Shown: positions 25,513 to 38,632 of the stretch, in pieces
Layout: the number at the start of each line of letters is the position of its first letter
How positions within the stretch are numbered: position 1 is the stretch's first letter
Assembly (NCBI GenBank): GCA_016748015.1
Contig: JAAOMT010000571.1
Span: 1 to 64,000 of the forward strand
Reading direction: 5' to 3'
Length of the DNA: 64,000 nt
Source of the DNA: Geosiphon pyriformis uo1
Lineage: Eukaryota; Fungi; Glomeromycota
Made by a program: the position numbers and the translations under genes
Notes under the pieces: model-generated
Told to the model about the DNA's origin: nothing
The model's database searches: none
What the model saw: the letters and a program-made list of their open reading frames with translations, nothing else

Positions 25513-26079
25513 AGTGGCAGCCAGGCCAATAACAAAAGGGTTTGATTCTTGTGAAATAGTGGAAGACAGTATACAAAAACAGAAAAAAACTTCTTTCAAA
25601 ATATGACTCTTTTTCAGGAATTTGGGACAAAGGAGAGAAAGAAGTTTTTTTTTCCTTATTTATATTGTTACTAATTAATAAAAATTTTATTATAAGAATT
25701 AAGAAAACTATTAAAAATCATTAATATTTTGTGTTTTTAGATTAAAAAAACACATTAAATAATTATAAAGATAGTTTTAGAAAAGACTTTAAACAATGAA
25801 TAGATTTCAGTTCAGTTTCTGAAAAAAAGTACATAAATACATACAACAATTAAAAATTAAAAAATAACTTATATTACAATATTAAAAAAAAGCTTTCAAT
25901 ATAATATTAACATTATTATACAAATAAAATTGAGAAACTTACAAAAAACTAATTGGAATTAAGATGAAATATTAATATTTAATATACTAAAAAAACTATT
26001 TTGTAATATTTAATAAATTCTATAAAAAAAAATTAAAAATAATAATAATTAACAGTAATTAATACAAAAGAATAAGATT

Positions 26080-29000
26080 TTATCTTTTTCAGATACTATT
26101 ACAACTAAAAAAGCCTATTTACTTTTGGTTTTTTATATGAATTCAAAATTTTTTATCTGGTTTATTTATTTTTTAATAAATTTATAATTGTAATAATTAG
26201 ATTAATAAGACTTTAAGTGAATAAGATAAGTTTTTCTAATAGTAATAATATGTTATATTATATAAGTTTATTTAAAAGTATTACTTTTTTTTGATATTAC
26301 TAGACTGTTTTTAATTAACAGATTTTTAATATTCACTTTTTTTTATCTGAAAAAAGTTTTTTTTGTTTCACTACTAATAATTATAACTTAGACAGTTTAT
26401 TCTCAAAAAACTTTTGTATTTTTTTTATCTTTTCTTTTAATATTAGGCTAATTGGTTTTCAATTGTATTAATAGATTAGACAGAATTTGTATTTATTATT
26501 AAGAAAATACAATAATTTATCACATTAGTACTAGACACAAAGACTATATTATTATTAATTATATTTGGTTTTCTTATTAAACTTTCTATTAAAAATTTTT
26601 TTAAAGATATTATAATAGAACCAACAGATTAATTTGCTATTTACAATGATTTTTTTTCTGTTAGCTTTAATATTATCTAGCAGCTTATTATTGTTAATAA
26701 AAATAGTATAGACAAACTCAGTAGTTTTTTTTTGTTTTTTTTTATTGTTATTTTTATTATTTTTATTATTTGATTGTTTTTCTTCTTGGTTTTGCTTAAG
26801 TACTAAAGAAATGGTTTAATAGTAATATTTAACTATAATAAGTTTTTTATCATATCTAATAATTAGTTTACAAAGCTTATAATTAAATAAAATTTTTGCT
26901 TTCTTAAGCCATTTATTGCCAACAATAATAGTGTATTTTTTTGCTTTAAAAACTTCTATATCAGTTTTAATACTAATGTTATTAATGCAGACAGAAACAG
27001 TTTTGGCTATGTCAAAACTTTTTTTTTGTTATTATATATATTAGTTATAAGCCAAATTAAAAATTCATCAATCTTTCTTTCAATTGTTTCAAAAAAGTGT
27101 TTAACAATAATAATAACAAATAATTTACTGTTTAAAATTAATAAAGTAACTAGCCACTTAGGCTTTGTAAATCAGAAAGATAAATATTATTATTAATGAG
27201 TTTAACTTAATAAAAGTATTTGTTAGTCTTTGGTGTTTTTTTTTTGGAATTAAAAATTTGTGAAAATTTTTTCTAAACTATGGATGAATTATTAATTGGC
27301 CAAAGATAATGTGTATTAAAGTTTTTATAAGATCTTTAACAATAAAATAAGGACCAAATTTTTGCACTATTTTTAAGAGTTTTAACTTTGAAAAATTTTT
27401 AAAAACTTTAACTTTTAGTGGTTCATTATTATCAACAATAGAAGTTGAAATTTTGTTAAGATCTAAAACAAAATTAATTTTGGCTTTTTTTTTTTTCTTG
27501 TAAATTTAAAGAGGTTAATAACTAGTTTATTTATATTATGGTTCTTATTAGTTAAATTAAAAGCATAAAAAAAGTTTTTTTCTGGTTGGTTTGTACTTTT
27601 ACTCTTTAAAAGTGTATTTACCAATTTAAAAACCAATAAACAGTAACTTTAACTAAAAAAATTTTTTCAAAGAAATTAATATTAGCATGATTAGGGTTTT
27701 GATTAGAAGTACTATTGTTATTAAGTCTGTTGTTTTGATTATTATTGGTTTTAGAAACTAATAGAAATAAAAAAAATTATTGCAATCTTTTGAAAAATGT
27801 TCAGTTAATTTACAATAATAATACACAAATGAATCATAATTTTGTTGTTTTTAATAAAAAGACTGCTAAAGCTAATTAAAACGAGATTCAAATCTGAATC
27901 TTTAGAGTTGCTGAGTTTTTTTAACTGCTTAAACTAAGAGTTTTAGTAATTAGACAAAATTGGCTGTAAGTCTATTTATTAATTGTTTATTAAAATCTTG
28001 AGTTTGAATAGTAAAAAAATTAACAGCCATTTAAGAAACAAAAACCAAAATAGAAGCAGAAGCAAAGATTAGTAAAGTGAATCTTAGGTGTATTTTTTAA
28101 TTGTGTTTAATTTTTTGAGCAAGTTTAATAATTATATTTATTGTAAAATTAGCTTTTAAGACCAAAAAACATATAAGAGATTAGTTTTTAATTCTTTGAT
28201 AAAAGAGTAAATCTTTTGTTTTCTTGTTTAATTTTTTTTAGAGTCTACTTTTTTAATAAGTTTTTTTATAGCTTTAACATATTTAGTTACAATTTTATCA
28301 GGATTTTGAGTTTTTTTTTAATTTTATGTCATTTAAAGATTAAAATGAGAGTTCTAAATGTAATTTTAAACCAAGTAGTAAAAAAGATATTTTCTTTTTT
28401 AATATTTGTTAATATTCATTTGATAATTTTTTGGTGAACATTAGCATTAGTTTTTTGTAAAAACCAAGTAGCAGTAAAGCTTTAAAGATAGCTACCAATG
28501 ATTTGGAACTTGTATTCTGTATTATATTAATTAACAATAGCTGTTCTTTTAAAATTATTTAATTATTTAATTAGATCTTATGTATTATTTCTGAATAAAA
28601 ATAATAAGATGTTGTTTCTTTGCTTTAAAGCAGTTTGTATGCTTTAAAAAACAGCCAAAATATTTGTTTACATGAAATTAATAGTCATTAATTCAGGGAT
28701 AATTGTTTGTGTAGAATAATTTGATTTATTTGAAAAGAAATCAAAAACAAAAACAGTTTAATAACTTTTTTTTTCTGTTTTAAAAGAAGTTTTAGCTAAT
28801 TAATAAGTAGCAATCCAAATATAAAGTTGATAATTCAGATATTTAAAGTTAAAAAACTGTTGTTTAAAAGTTATTGAATATAAAAGCTAATTAATATTGT
28901 TGTTTTTTTAAGATTGTCTTCAAAATAAATTTGGTCAAAGAAATAAGTTGTATATGCTGTGTAAATTTCAGCTAAATGCTTATTTAGAAACCAGTTTTAA

Positions 29001-29900
29001 AAAGTTTAGAATTGTCTACTGGATTGTTTTTCAACAAAAAAGCAAATTAAACAAAAAAGCAAAAAATTATGTATAATAAAGTCTAGATTGTTTTTGTTAT
29101 ATACTTTAAAATGTTTTTCTAATTGTTATAGTAAATATAAATAAATTGTAACAATCTTATAGAGAACATTATTTTTATGTTATGAATTGGAATAACAAAT
29201 TAATAGATAGCAAAAAAAATCAGAATTATAAGATAATAAAATTAATTAAAAAGAAAATTACAATAAAAAAATGAATTAAATAAATAAAAATTCAATGTGC
29301 ATAATTAATCTTATAAAAAATTACAGTTGCAAATTTTTTTTGGAAATCTGAAAATAGAAGAATAGTTTATAATTATTAACAAAATAACACTATTACTATT
29401 ATTTTATGTCTTAATTTAACAATTTTTAAAATTAATAATAGATATTATTGTGTTTTTTAATTGTTTTTTTATCTAATAAATTACAAAAGCAAGCAATTGC
29501 TTCTTAGACTAATTCTTAACAATACAAATTAAGAAAAAAAAATAAGATATATAAATACCAACAAGTAATTTTTTATTTTAGGATGTTTAGATACTTAAAG
29601 ATAAGGAAAAAAAATAAGCAATATAAGAGAAAATAATTAATAGTGAATTTTATTTTGTTATTTTGATTATGTTCTTTTATAACTAAAAAATTTATTGTTT
29701 ATATAGCTATTAAAAGTGGTTAACAATCAAGTTAATAATCAGGTTAATGATTAGATTAATGATTAAATTAAATCAATAATCAGATTATTGATTAGATTAA
29801 TAATTACTATCTAAAAATAGAGTGGCTAATTATATAATATTAGTAATTGCTACATATAATAACTAATAAAAATTATGAGTTTTAACTATAATCTTTTATA
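26080..29900 (-). mobile_element. Highly eroded LTR-retrotransposon relic (gag, probable LTR remnant at the right end)
   Basis: Minus-strand YYYCKLTEHFSKDC (decayed CCHC, ~27780-27830) and NNFKRTAIVN*YNTEYKFQIIGSYL..ATWF capsid-like segment (~28460-28560); short 12-bp repeats at ~29725-29810. Boundaries approximate. Confidence 0.55.
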
Positions 29901-30710
29901 ATGTCTTAAGATATTGTATATTTATTAAAAATGGCCAAAAAACAAGTTATTAATTTTGAGTTAAATGTTAATCACATGTTTTTTTGATGTAATTATTAAT
30001 ATATTTGTTAATATAATTTTGTAGTATTGTCTTAATTGACCAAATAATTAATTATATATAATAAATATATAAATTACATTTAATTTAGAATTCTAAATAG
30101 TTGTATTATATTAAATAATAATTGGGCTCTGTTTATTAAAAAAAAAATTATAAAAATATCAAACAATATTATAAAATACCAAACAATATTTAAAAATATA
30201 TAAACTATTAAAAAATTTAACTTTTAATAATATGTTTATTAACAAATTATTTTTGCATTAACATATTTTATTTTTGAGTTAATTTATGTATTTTTTAATT
30301 GTTAAAAGTTTTTACTTTTTTTGGAATTTAAATATTAAATTATTAAATTGTTATTTAATATTTTAAACTAACAAAATTTGGTTTTTTGTGTAAATTACAT
30401 TAATTTGTAATTGAATAAAATTTTTTTTTTTTAAGTGTTTAACAATAACCAGTTTTTTAAAAACAGCCTATTATCACAACATTTTATGTTTTTTAGATCT
30501 TGTTTGTACATAAGTAATCTTGTTTTAAATCAAATTACTTTTTTTTTATATTAAATATAAATGAAAAGGAGCAAATTAAAAACAGTATTGTATTAATAAT
30601 ACGAAATGATATTTTATTCTGGAATGTTCGAAAATCATCTAACGGTTGGCTCTTTCATATTACTGTTTATTTTAACTATTTAAATATAATAATAATTATT
30701 TATTAGAACT

Positions 30711-32885
30711 CTATTCCAGTAATGATCTCAATAAATTCGTGACTGAATCTGAAAAAACAGATTCCGAGAATTTTTCCTTTACGTGCTCTCTTGCGTTGAC
30801 TTGGATTTCTTTTAATTGGTGAGCGGGCATCGTTAATATGTTAAATAAAGCTGAAGCAAAATTTTGCGTTTCGTCGGCAAGAAACCCTTTGAAGAATTAT
30901 TTAAATAATGTTAATTTGATTTTTAAATAACATTTTATTAATTTCCAGCTTTAATACCTGTTTTCATTCCATTATATTCAACCAAAATATCCATCTTAGG
31001 GCCTCCTGAATTGTGAGCAACAGTTACAAGACCTGCAGCCTGATTTTACATTATTGATCAAAAAAATAAGCAACATCTAAGTCTCTATCGGCAGGCTCTC
31101 AAAAAAGCTTACCATATATTCAACAACACCAATTCCAAAATGCTCATTCCACATAGTATGTATGCCAATTTTTCCTCTAGATAGCCAGTCCATCAATTTA
31201 GAAAAAGGCGCATTTATTTCAAAATGGACATTATCCCAAATATCTAATTTTTTACATTCTTCCTGCAGCCGTTGTATCCGTATTTCGTCTTCTTTATTAC
31301 GAGAGCTTCCAATCAAGACTAATTGAATGTTTGTAGGCTCACACCGTAGATTCGGATGATCTATTAGTAGCCTATGAAAGGCCCTAATTTGGAGATGATG
31401 ATCTTTTTCTGGCCTACAAAATAATTAGTACCAAATTTACAAAAGATTTGCAATGCATTGCCAAAGATAATTTCGCTTACCGAAACTGTGCTACACTAAC
31501 TATTATACTTTCCCTTCCTTCCAATTCAGTTCGACATAGCTCATGAGTATCGCATGGTGGATACACGATTCGACTTTTGATTCTCCATAATTGGTCGATA
31601 TGACCTTTGGTCCATGTTGAATTTACCATAATGACATCGGCAAACGAGCCAGCCACCCCATAAAAATATGCAAATAAATAATAATATCTGAATATTGAAG
31701 ACGAGACGGTCTTGTTATCTTTAGAAAATCGAAATTAGTACGTAATATCCAAATTGTAATTCAAACTTACAATAATTTTCCATTAGTGTATATAAAACTT
31801 CGTGCTATTTCTTCTTGATTATTAAAACTTGGTCTTCTTTCTTGTACTTTTTGCAACATATCTGAACTGAAAATATCTCGAAGATTTGTAAATAAATTGG
31901 AAAAAGTTGAATAAAAACTAACGGTAAATGGCGTTCACCTTATTGTTGGATAGTGCACGTAGGCCGCAATCTTACATCCACTAATCTTTTTCACAAGAGG
32001 ATAAGTGAACGCGTAACCCATCGTATCTTCGGAAAAAAGGAAAAGTTTGATTGTTTCAAATGTTTTAATAGAATGACTGTAAGATTGAGATCTAATACTC
32101 ACCAAAATAAACATCTGGAACAAGTCTACTTAATGCTTCCCAGCCAAGGTATATAGAACCCAGACTTTGTCCTAGCAAAGTAACCCGAGGATACCTAGTA
32201 ATGTGGATCCACAGTCAAAAATACAAACACTGCTAATTTTCAAAAAATTATGGGGAATGCTTATCGCAAGGCCCGCTCACCGACTATCCTCAACCCATCT
32301 ACGATTGTACAAATGAACAATGGCAAGAGTATCTGGTTTTAAGGAGATGTTAAAACGCGCCTGGAATAAATTAATAAACTTCGTCGAAATGATTATAATT
32401 CCAAATACTCATTTCCCTCGAATTATCATTTTCTCAATCATGTTAATTTTTAATATTGTAAGACGAATTTAAATTTTACCTTGACTTTATTTAAAATGTC
32501 ACTTTTAGTTACATCTGTATCCCCAGTATATACAACACACACAACGTGTTTGTATTGTTTTTGAATGCTAAGAATCGCCGTCCATAATACTCGTTCACCC
32601 CCACCACCAGCGTTACTATCATTTTCAAAAATGTAAAAATAATATTTTGAGCAAGTAGCTACACAAATATAACAGGTCCTACCAATAGGGATGAAAGAAG
32701 CCAAGTAATAAAGGTGGTCTATTAGTATCTAAAGTAAGGTTTAATGATTCAAGGATAACTCTACGGTTTTTAGTTACAGTCTTAGCTATATGCTTTTTAA
32801 GTCCAAATATCAAGCTTTGATAGCCCACAAGTAAAAAAATAAAGACTAAGAGCAAAACTAAAAGTAAACTTTGCAATAGTGACAT
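30711..32885 (-). CDS. ALG11: GDP-Man:Man3GlcNAc2-PP-dolichol alpha-1,2-mannosyltransferase (multi-exon)
   Basis: N-terminal TM; GFFHPYC|[11 protein letters not shown]; [10 protein letters not shown]; YVHYPTIS; VNSTWT; AQFRPEKDH; [16 protein letters not shown]; AHNSGGP. GT-AG introns, e.g. 32682-32616 and 32479-32361; stop TAG at 30711-30713. Confidence 0.95.
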
Positions 32886-33097
32886 CTTGATATATAATTG
32901 AAAAACAAATCTGAAGCGATATAAAATCAATTTCAATTTGCACAGATTTCATGTGACACAACCTATCATGGGAAATTACCCTGGAGTTTCAGATATCATA
33001 CATGTGGAGAAATACCCAATTAGGTCACACCACGGAATCCTATCTTCTTTTATTTAGTTTCCCTACGAACTTAAAATTTTGGTTAGTATTATTAGTT
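32886..33097. promoter_or_regulatory. Probable bidirectional promoter ALG11 / E2
   Basis: Only 212 bp between divergent ATGs; two CATGTG E-box-like motifs (~32950, 33001). Confidence 0.55.
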
Positions 33098-34594
33098 ATG
33101 GCTTCTGCGAATTCTTTTAATCTTAGGAGCCCAGGTATGAAAAAGAGATAAACCTGTCATTGACGTTTCTTCTGTTTTCTTTTTACAATTAATTAAACTT
33201 TTGAATTCAAGCGGTGAAACGTCTTCTTCAAGAGGCTCGTGAGTTACAGAAAGATCAGTCAAGTGACTATGCAGCACACCCCTTAGAGGTAAGTTCTTGA
33301 CACCTATTCACTTTAGTTAAGAAATAAAGCTCAACGTTTTCGTTTTACTAGGACAATCTCTTTGAGTGGCACTTTGTCCTTCGCGGACCTGAGAGTACAG
33401 AGTTTGAGGGTGGCCGGTATTTTATACTGCACGATTTATTGATTCAGTCTACTTTTTTTGACCTTTTTTGAATTTTAACCTAAATTTATTTCAGATATCA
33501 TGGCCGAATTCTCTTTCCCTCAGAGTACCCTTTTAAACCACCCAATCTAATGCTAATGACGGTTTGTATCATATTTCAAAAATTATTGCATATTTTCAAA
33601 AGATTATGGTAGATTCATGTAGCTCAATTCTTTTTCTTTATTTAGCCTAATGGCCGATTTGAACTTAACAAAAAAATTTGTTTGAGTATAACTGGATATC
33701 ACCCAGAATATTGGCTACCAGCTTGGGGAGGTGAGTCAAATTTAAGATGGAACCTTTTTTGGGAATATTTTGAGATATCACTCACTTTCACGGTATCACT
33801 CCAAAAATTATAGTTCGCACAGTATTGTTGGGTTTGATTGGATTTATGACAACAAAAGGTCAGTAGATCGCCAGAATATTATGAAACATGAGAAAAATCT
33901 AAATACCTTGAATTATAAATTTTCAGCCAATGGCGCCATTGGAGGTATTGATTATACTGAAGTGGAACGAAAAGTTTTGGCTGTAAAGTGGGTTGCTTAC
34001 CCTTGATTTTAGTCCGTATATATTTTTGCAATCAAACTAGAATCTCATCCTATATATCTGTTAGATCTCGAAAGTGGAAATGCCCGACATGTGGCATTAC
34101 AAATATTGATTCTTTACCCAATGAAAAGCCCTCATCTGGTCGAAAGACTTCGACTTCCCAGAACAAGAAAAATAAAGTTCGTAATGAAGATCCTAGTATA
34201 CCCACTTTTTCTTTTGTGTACGATGATGAAATTAACAAAGGAAAATCCGAAAACACTGCTAGTTCAGACTCAAAAGGTAAAGTGAGAAATTTAGGGTGAG
34301 TCGATATTACGAGGAATTATTAATAGTTTTGTCTTTAATCCCAAATTTATAGATAATCTCCAAAGTACGAGCCAACCTATTGTGGTTACGTCTGCAGGAT
34401 CATCTAATAGTTCGATAAACCCTATACAAGATCCAAATCAGATGGATAATAAATCCGTAAAATCAACACGCAATTTAGTAGTACCGTTAAGAACACCAAA
34501 AACTCAGCCACCCATATCAAGATATCTTCTTGATGCGCTGATAATAACCTTGTTAGGCATTTTACTTGGAATTTTGGGGAAAAAATTCACATGA
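33098..34594 (+). CDS. UBE2J1: Tail-anchored ER ubiquitin-conjugating enzyme E2, UBE2J1/Ubc6-type (multi-exon)
   Basis: Spliced MASANSFNLRSPAVKRLLQEA...PLEDNLFEWHF...YHGRI.FPSEYPFKPP...TPNGRFELNKKICLSITGYHPEYW (catalytic Cys); C-terminal TM LLDALIITLLGILLGIL. Confidence 0.9.
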
Positions 34595-34707
34595 ATAATT
34601 TTTTATGTAACTTTTTGTATAGTGTAGTCGGAAGATCTAAGGAATCTGGGATGTTTTCATTATTCAATATTTATTTATTTAATTCTAATTCAAAACCCGT
34701 CCTAATA

Positions 34708-36004
34708 TCAAATATTCTTCATGTATAAGAATAAGAGAATAATACATGTAGACACCACAACCGCCAAAATTAACGTATCTCGTTTTTTTCTTGTATTTAT
34801 ACGGCCAATCAACGAATTAAGACTGGGAAACAAACCTATATTGCAAAATATCCAAGTTAAATAAAGAATAATCACAGCTGGACTAAACAATGAGAAAATT
34901 CTTGCCTTTTATTCCACCCATCCGACTATTAATATTGAGTAATGTGGCGCGCTGACGCCCAAACTCCTCTCTTGTTTCATAAGCTTGCCTAAATTGAAAT
35001 GAGAGTATTTGATGAGTTTTTTGGTAGGAATCAACTAATAAAAGAAATTAAAGAATATAGTTATGAATAGCGTCATAACAATGTGAAGGGCTCGGACATT
35101 TACAATGTGAACTGGGAATTTAGAGAAAGCTTTGCGAACTCAAAACATCAACTCTCACTTACTCAATTATTATATCAGTCATTCGATGTGAGCTTTCAAT
35201 ACGACTTCGCTCGCTTAGAAAATAATCAGTTTCGCTAGTGGCACCTGATTTAAAGGAACTTCGCGAAAGTTAAAAATTTCATCACAATATCAAGTTGCCA
35301 GTTAATATTAAGAGATTAATAATACCTAATATCTTCTCGAACCGAGCTTAGTAAATCTGCGTGATTCCGTGCAGCTTGAATATTTGCCTATTTAAATATT
35401 CCCAATTAAGAAGACTCGGCAACCGGAAGAAAGAAATCAACGAGAAGCACGTTAAACCAGAATGGCCTAACCTTAGTTTTTTTAAATTCTTTTGTATAAT
35501 CGTATAAAATATCACGATGTCTTTGCAACATATGCATCATGGATGGGTTTGTGGTGGTCGATGAGGGTCGATCAACGACCTCTGCCATGGAACTGACTAC
35601 CATAGACAGCTATGGGAAAACACAAATAGAGAGATTGTTGTTGAGGTGTTATTTTAATATCCGTGAGATCAACTTCCAAGTTAAGCTACCTTTTTCACTA
35701 ATTCATCTAGCTCTAGCTCCATTGCCTCATTAGAGTTACCAACGTTGTTTCCTCCGCGACCTGCCAGGCTCGCGTTACCGCTGCCCAACTCCCGATTTCT
35801 AGTGCGACCAACAGAGGCAGCTATTTTGGAATAACTGGTAAGTTTTTGTTCTATTTCATTTTCAAGTTGTCGAGCTTGTTTCCGTAAAAATTCCCACGAA
35901 AGCTGCTGATTATTGTTGCTGTTTGTTGAAGAGGAAATAGGTGTATTCGTTGTGTTAAAAAGGGTTGGCGAAGATGAAGGCAAAATATTGTTAGAACGAA
36001 GCAT
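34708..36004 (-). CDS. GOS1: Golgi Qb-SNARE Gos1/GOSR1 (multi-exon)
   Basis: WEFLRKQARQLENEIEQKLTSYSK; HMLQRHRDILYDYTKEF; INTRKKRDTLILAVVVSTCIILLFLY C-terminal TM. First ATG of the frame at 36004; exact start uncertain. Confidence 0.92.
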
Positions 36005-36620
36005 TACTGCTAAATTTATGGTAATATCGGGAAGCCTATGTTTTTTTGGTATGCTTGCAGCAGAAGGGATGGCCAAAGTCAGTGCTGAAACCCGAGGTTC
36101 TAAGCCGCTCAAAAAAGCAAAGCTATTTTATTAATAAGCCATCATGTATGATGTCAAAATTCCTCCTTTAAAACATTTGATATACTTATATTTATGTCAA
36201 ATAATAGATCAACTAACATTTTAAAGTTTTACTTGGTACTTTTTACAACTTAAAGTTTGACATGATAAAATTAAACATAATGCAATCAATTAAATATCCA
36301 TAATGATTGCAGCTATTTATGACATTTTGTAATATAATTATAATACTTCACTTAACTTAAATTAAAAATAAATATTTTATATATGTAAAAATATTTTAAT
36401 TAATTATTTCAATATTGATTTATAGCTTATATTAATTTAAATTATTAAATTAGCTTAATAGATAAATAATTGATTAAACAAAAATAAGTAATCAAAATAT
36501 TTTATTAAAAACATTTATTATTGTATTAATATTTACATGTTTAATAATCAAATAGACAAAAATTTAAATTTTTTTACCAAATTATTATATAACTAATATT
36601 AATTATTATTTAATTATTAT

Positions 36621-37657
36621 GTGCTTGCTAAGGATGCTGCTTTCTCTGTCTGGTGTTTGCCTTATTTGATTAATGAATGTTTTCTGAGTGCTAATGGTAC
36701 TGCGGTTTCTGGGAATTCTAGGCACTTTGTTCATGATGTTTTTCGTGGTATTCATCGTGTGCACTGAAAGGCTGGATCTGGTTCTCGGGTTGTGGTAGAT
36801 AATTTGCATGGTGATATTGACTGGTCCAGATCCTTTATAGTATAGCATCCTGATTCTTACTTGGCTGCCAGCTTTACTACTGTACAAATGGCTGGCTATC
36901 GGTCATATTTTATGAAAGCCTTCTATTGGCGATTGTCTGTTGCTATATGCAAGTGTTTATATGATAAGAGTTACTTCAGTATAGCGTGTTTGTTCTGTGG
37001 TGATGTCGAAGTCTCGGACCATGTTTTTTCTTGTTCTCATGATACCACCAGTCATGCTTAGTTGCTGAATGCTCATGTTTTGGCTTGAGAGTTTCTTTCT
37101 GGTTTGTTTCACTCTTCTTTGTGTGTTTTGCAGTTACTGGTTTCTTGTGTTTTGGAGGTTGGAATTGGCATGGCTCTGTATAAGGGCTTTGTATTTAGTA
37201 GTTGGTGTTGTAAGTCTGTTTTGGTTTTGGTGATTCTAAGATTGGGTGTGAAAGGATTGTGGACTTTGTGCATGGGCTTTGTCTCGCTTTTTGGGAGGAT
37301 ATCTGGCTGGTTCATGCAAAACACTGAGCCTTTATGGAAAAGTGTGGGCTAATTCCTCATGATGGCTCTATTCCCATCTCTGTTTCTGGTTTATCCGAGC
37401 AGCTCTCGATTAATGTAGTTAGGTTGTTAGGTATCATGGATGCATTTGGCATCAGTTTTGGGTTTCATAAGTCCTGTTTGTTTTTTTCAGGTGTTAGTGA
37501 TGTAGTTTTTGTTTTTATAAGTGCTTAGTGTTGTTTTGACTGGTCTGAGTGGCTGGTCACGTGTAGTAAAAGCATAATTCACACCTAGTTTAGATCATAT
37601 AATGATGTATTTTATTAGGTAGCATTTGGACTTTACTTATTAAATGAATAAAAAAAA
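36621..37657 (+). mobile_element. 5'-truncated LINE copy C (RNase H end, CCHC, 3' UTR, A-tail)
   Basis: YFMKAF..RLSVA, CLFCGDVEVSDHVFSC; family 3' UTR; TSD AATTATTAT at 36612-36620 and 37657-37665. Confidence 0.9.
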
Positions 37658-38632
37658 ATTATTATATTTAAATTAAAATTAACAATAATATTAAAAATTT
37701 TTGCTATTAATATAAATAAATAAAATTTATTTTAATGCTAAAAAATATAAAAATAATTAAGTTTAACATAAATTTTAAATTTGTATCTTAAAGTAATAAA
37801 TTAATAACTTTTATAATAAGATTAAACTTATATTTATATTAAAAGTAATTGTTAAAAAAATTTTGTTAGTCTTTTTAAAACAGTTGTAAAATTAACTTTT
37901 TTTAATTTAATAAAATAATATTAATTAAAATATATATTATTAGCTTATAATAAAAAATTATAAAATTTGTTAATTATAATATTATTAAATTAATAATATT
38001 TAAGTAATCTGTTTTAATTAAAAAAATTTAATATATATAATAATAATAATTAATATTAACAAAAAATATAAATTTTAAGAAATTAGTATTATATTTTGTA
38101 AATAAATATAATAATTTATAGATTTTTTGATTTTTTGATTTTTACATAATAAAAAAATTTATATAATTAATTAAAACTTTGTGTTTTATAATTATATTAA
38201 GTATATAATTATTTGTTTTAAAATTAAAAAATCTTAAAAAATGTTTTTTACATGATTTTTGTTTTTAAAAACATAAATTTATGTTGAATTAATTTAGTTT
38301 TGTCTTTTTATATTAAATATAAACAAATTAATCATATTATTATAAAATATAATTCTATTAAAAAAGTTTTTAACCAAATAAAAAAAGTATTAGAAAATTA
38401 ATAAACAATAATTAATATATATATAAATAAAAAAACAAGCTTTTATTATTTGTTTTGTTTTTTTTAATAAGAAAACTTAAATTTAAGTTGTTAAAAATAT
38501 TGTTTTTTAATTGTTTGTAATATTAAATATTTTGATTTATTATTATAAGTTAAAAATTAAAAAAAAATTATACATAATATAAAAATGTAATTAATTATAA
38601 AATAATATAATAGTAATTTTAAAATAATAATA

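Larger units (their letters stand above)
18859..25655 (-). mobile_element. Full-length LINE copy B (~6.8 kb), inactivated
   Basis: 5' end GGAAAAAAAAACTTCTTTCTC at 25655; A-tail seen as the T run at 18857-18867; TSD TTATTCATATT (18848-18858) / TTATTTATATT (25656-25666); complete ORF1 and ORF2 domain order. Confidence 0.95.

Noticed and set aside
36005-36112. N-terminal extension of GOS1 in the ORF track
   Set aside because: It starts at a non-ATG codon; probably 5' UTR.
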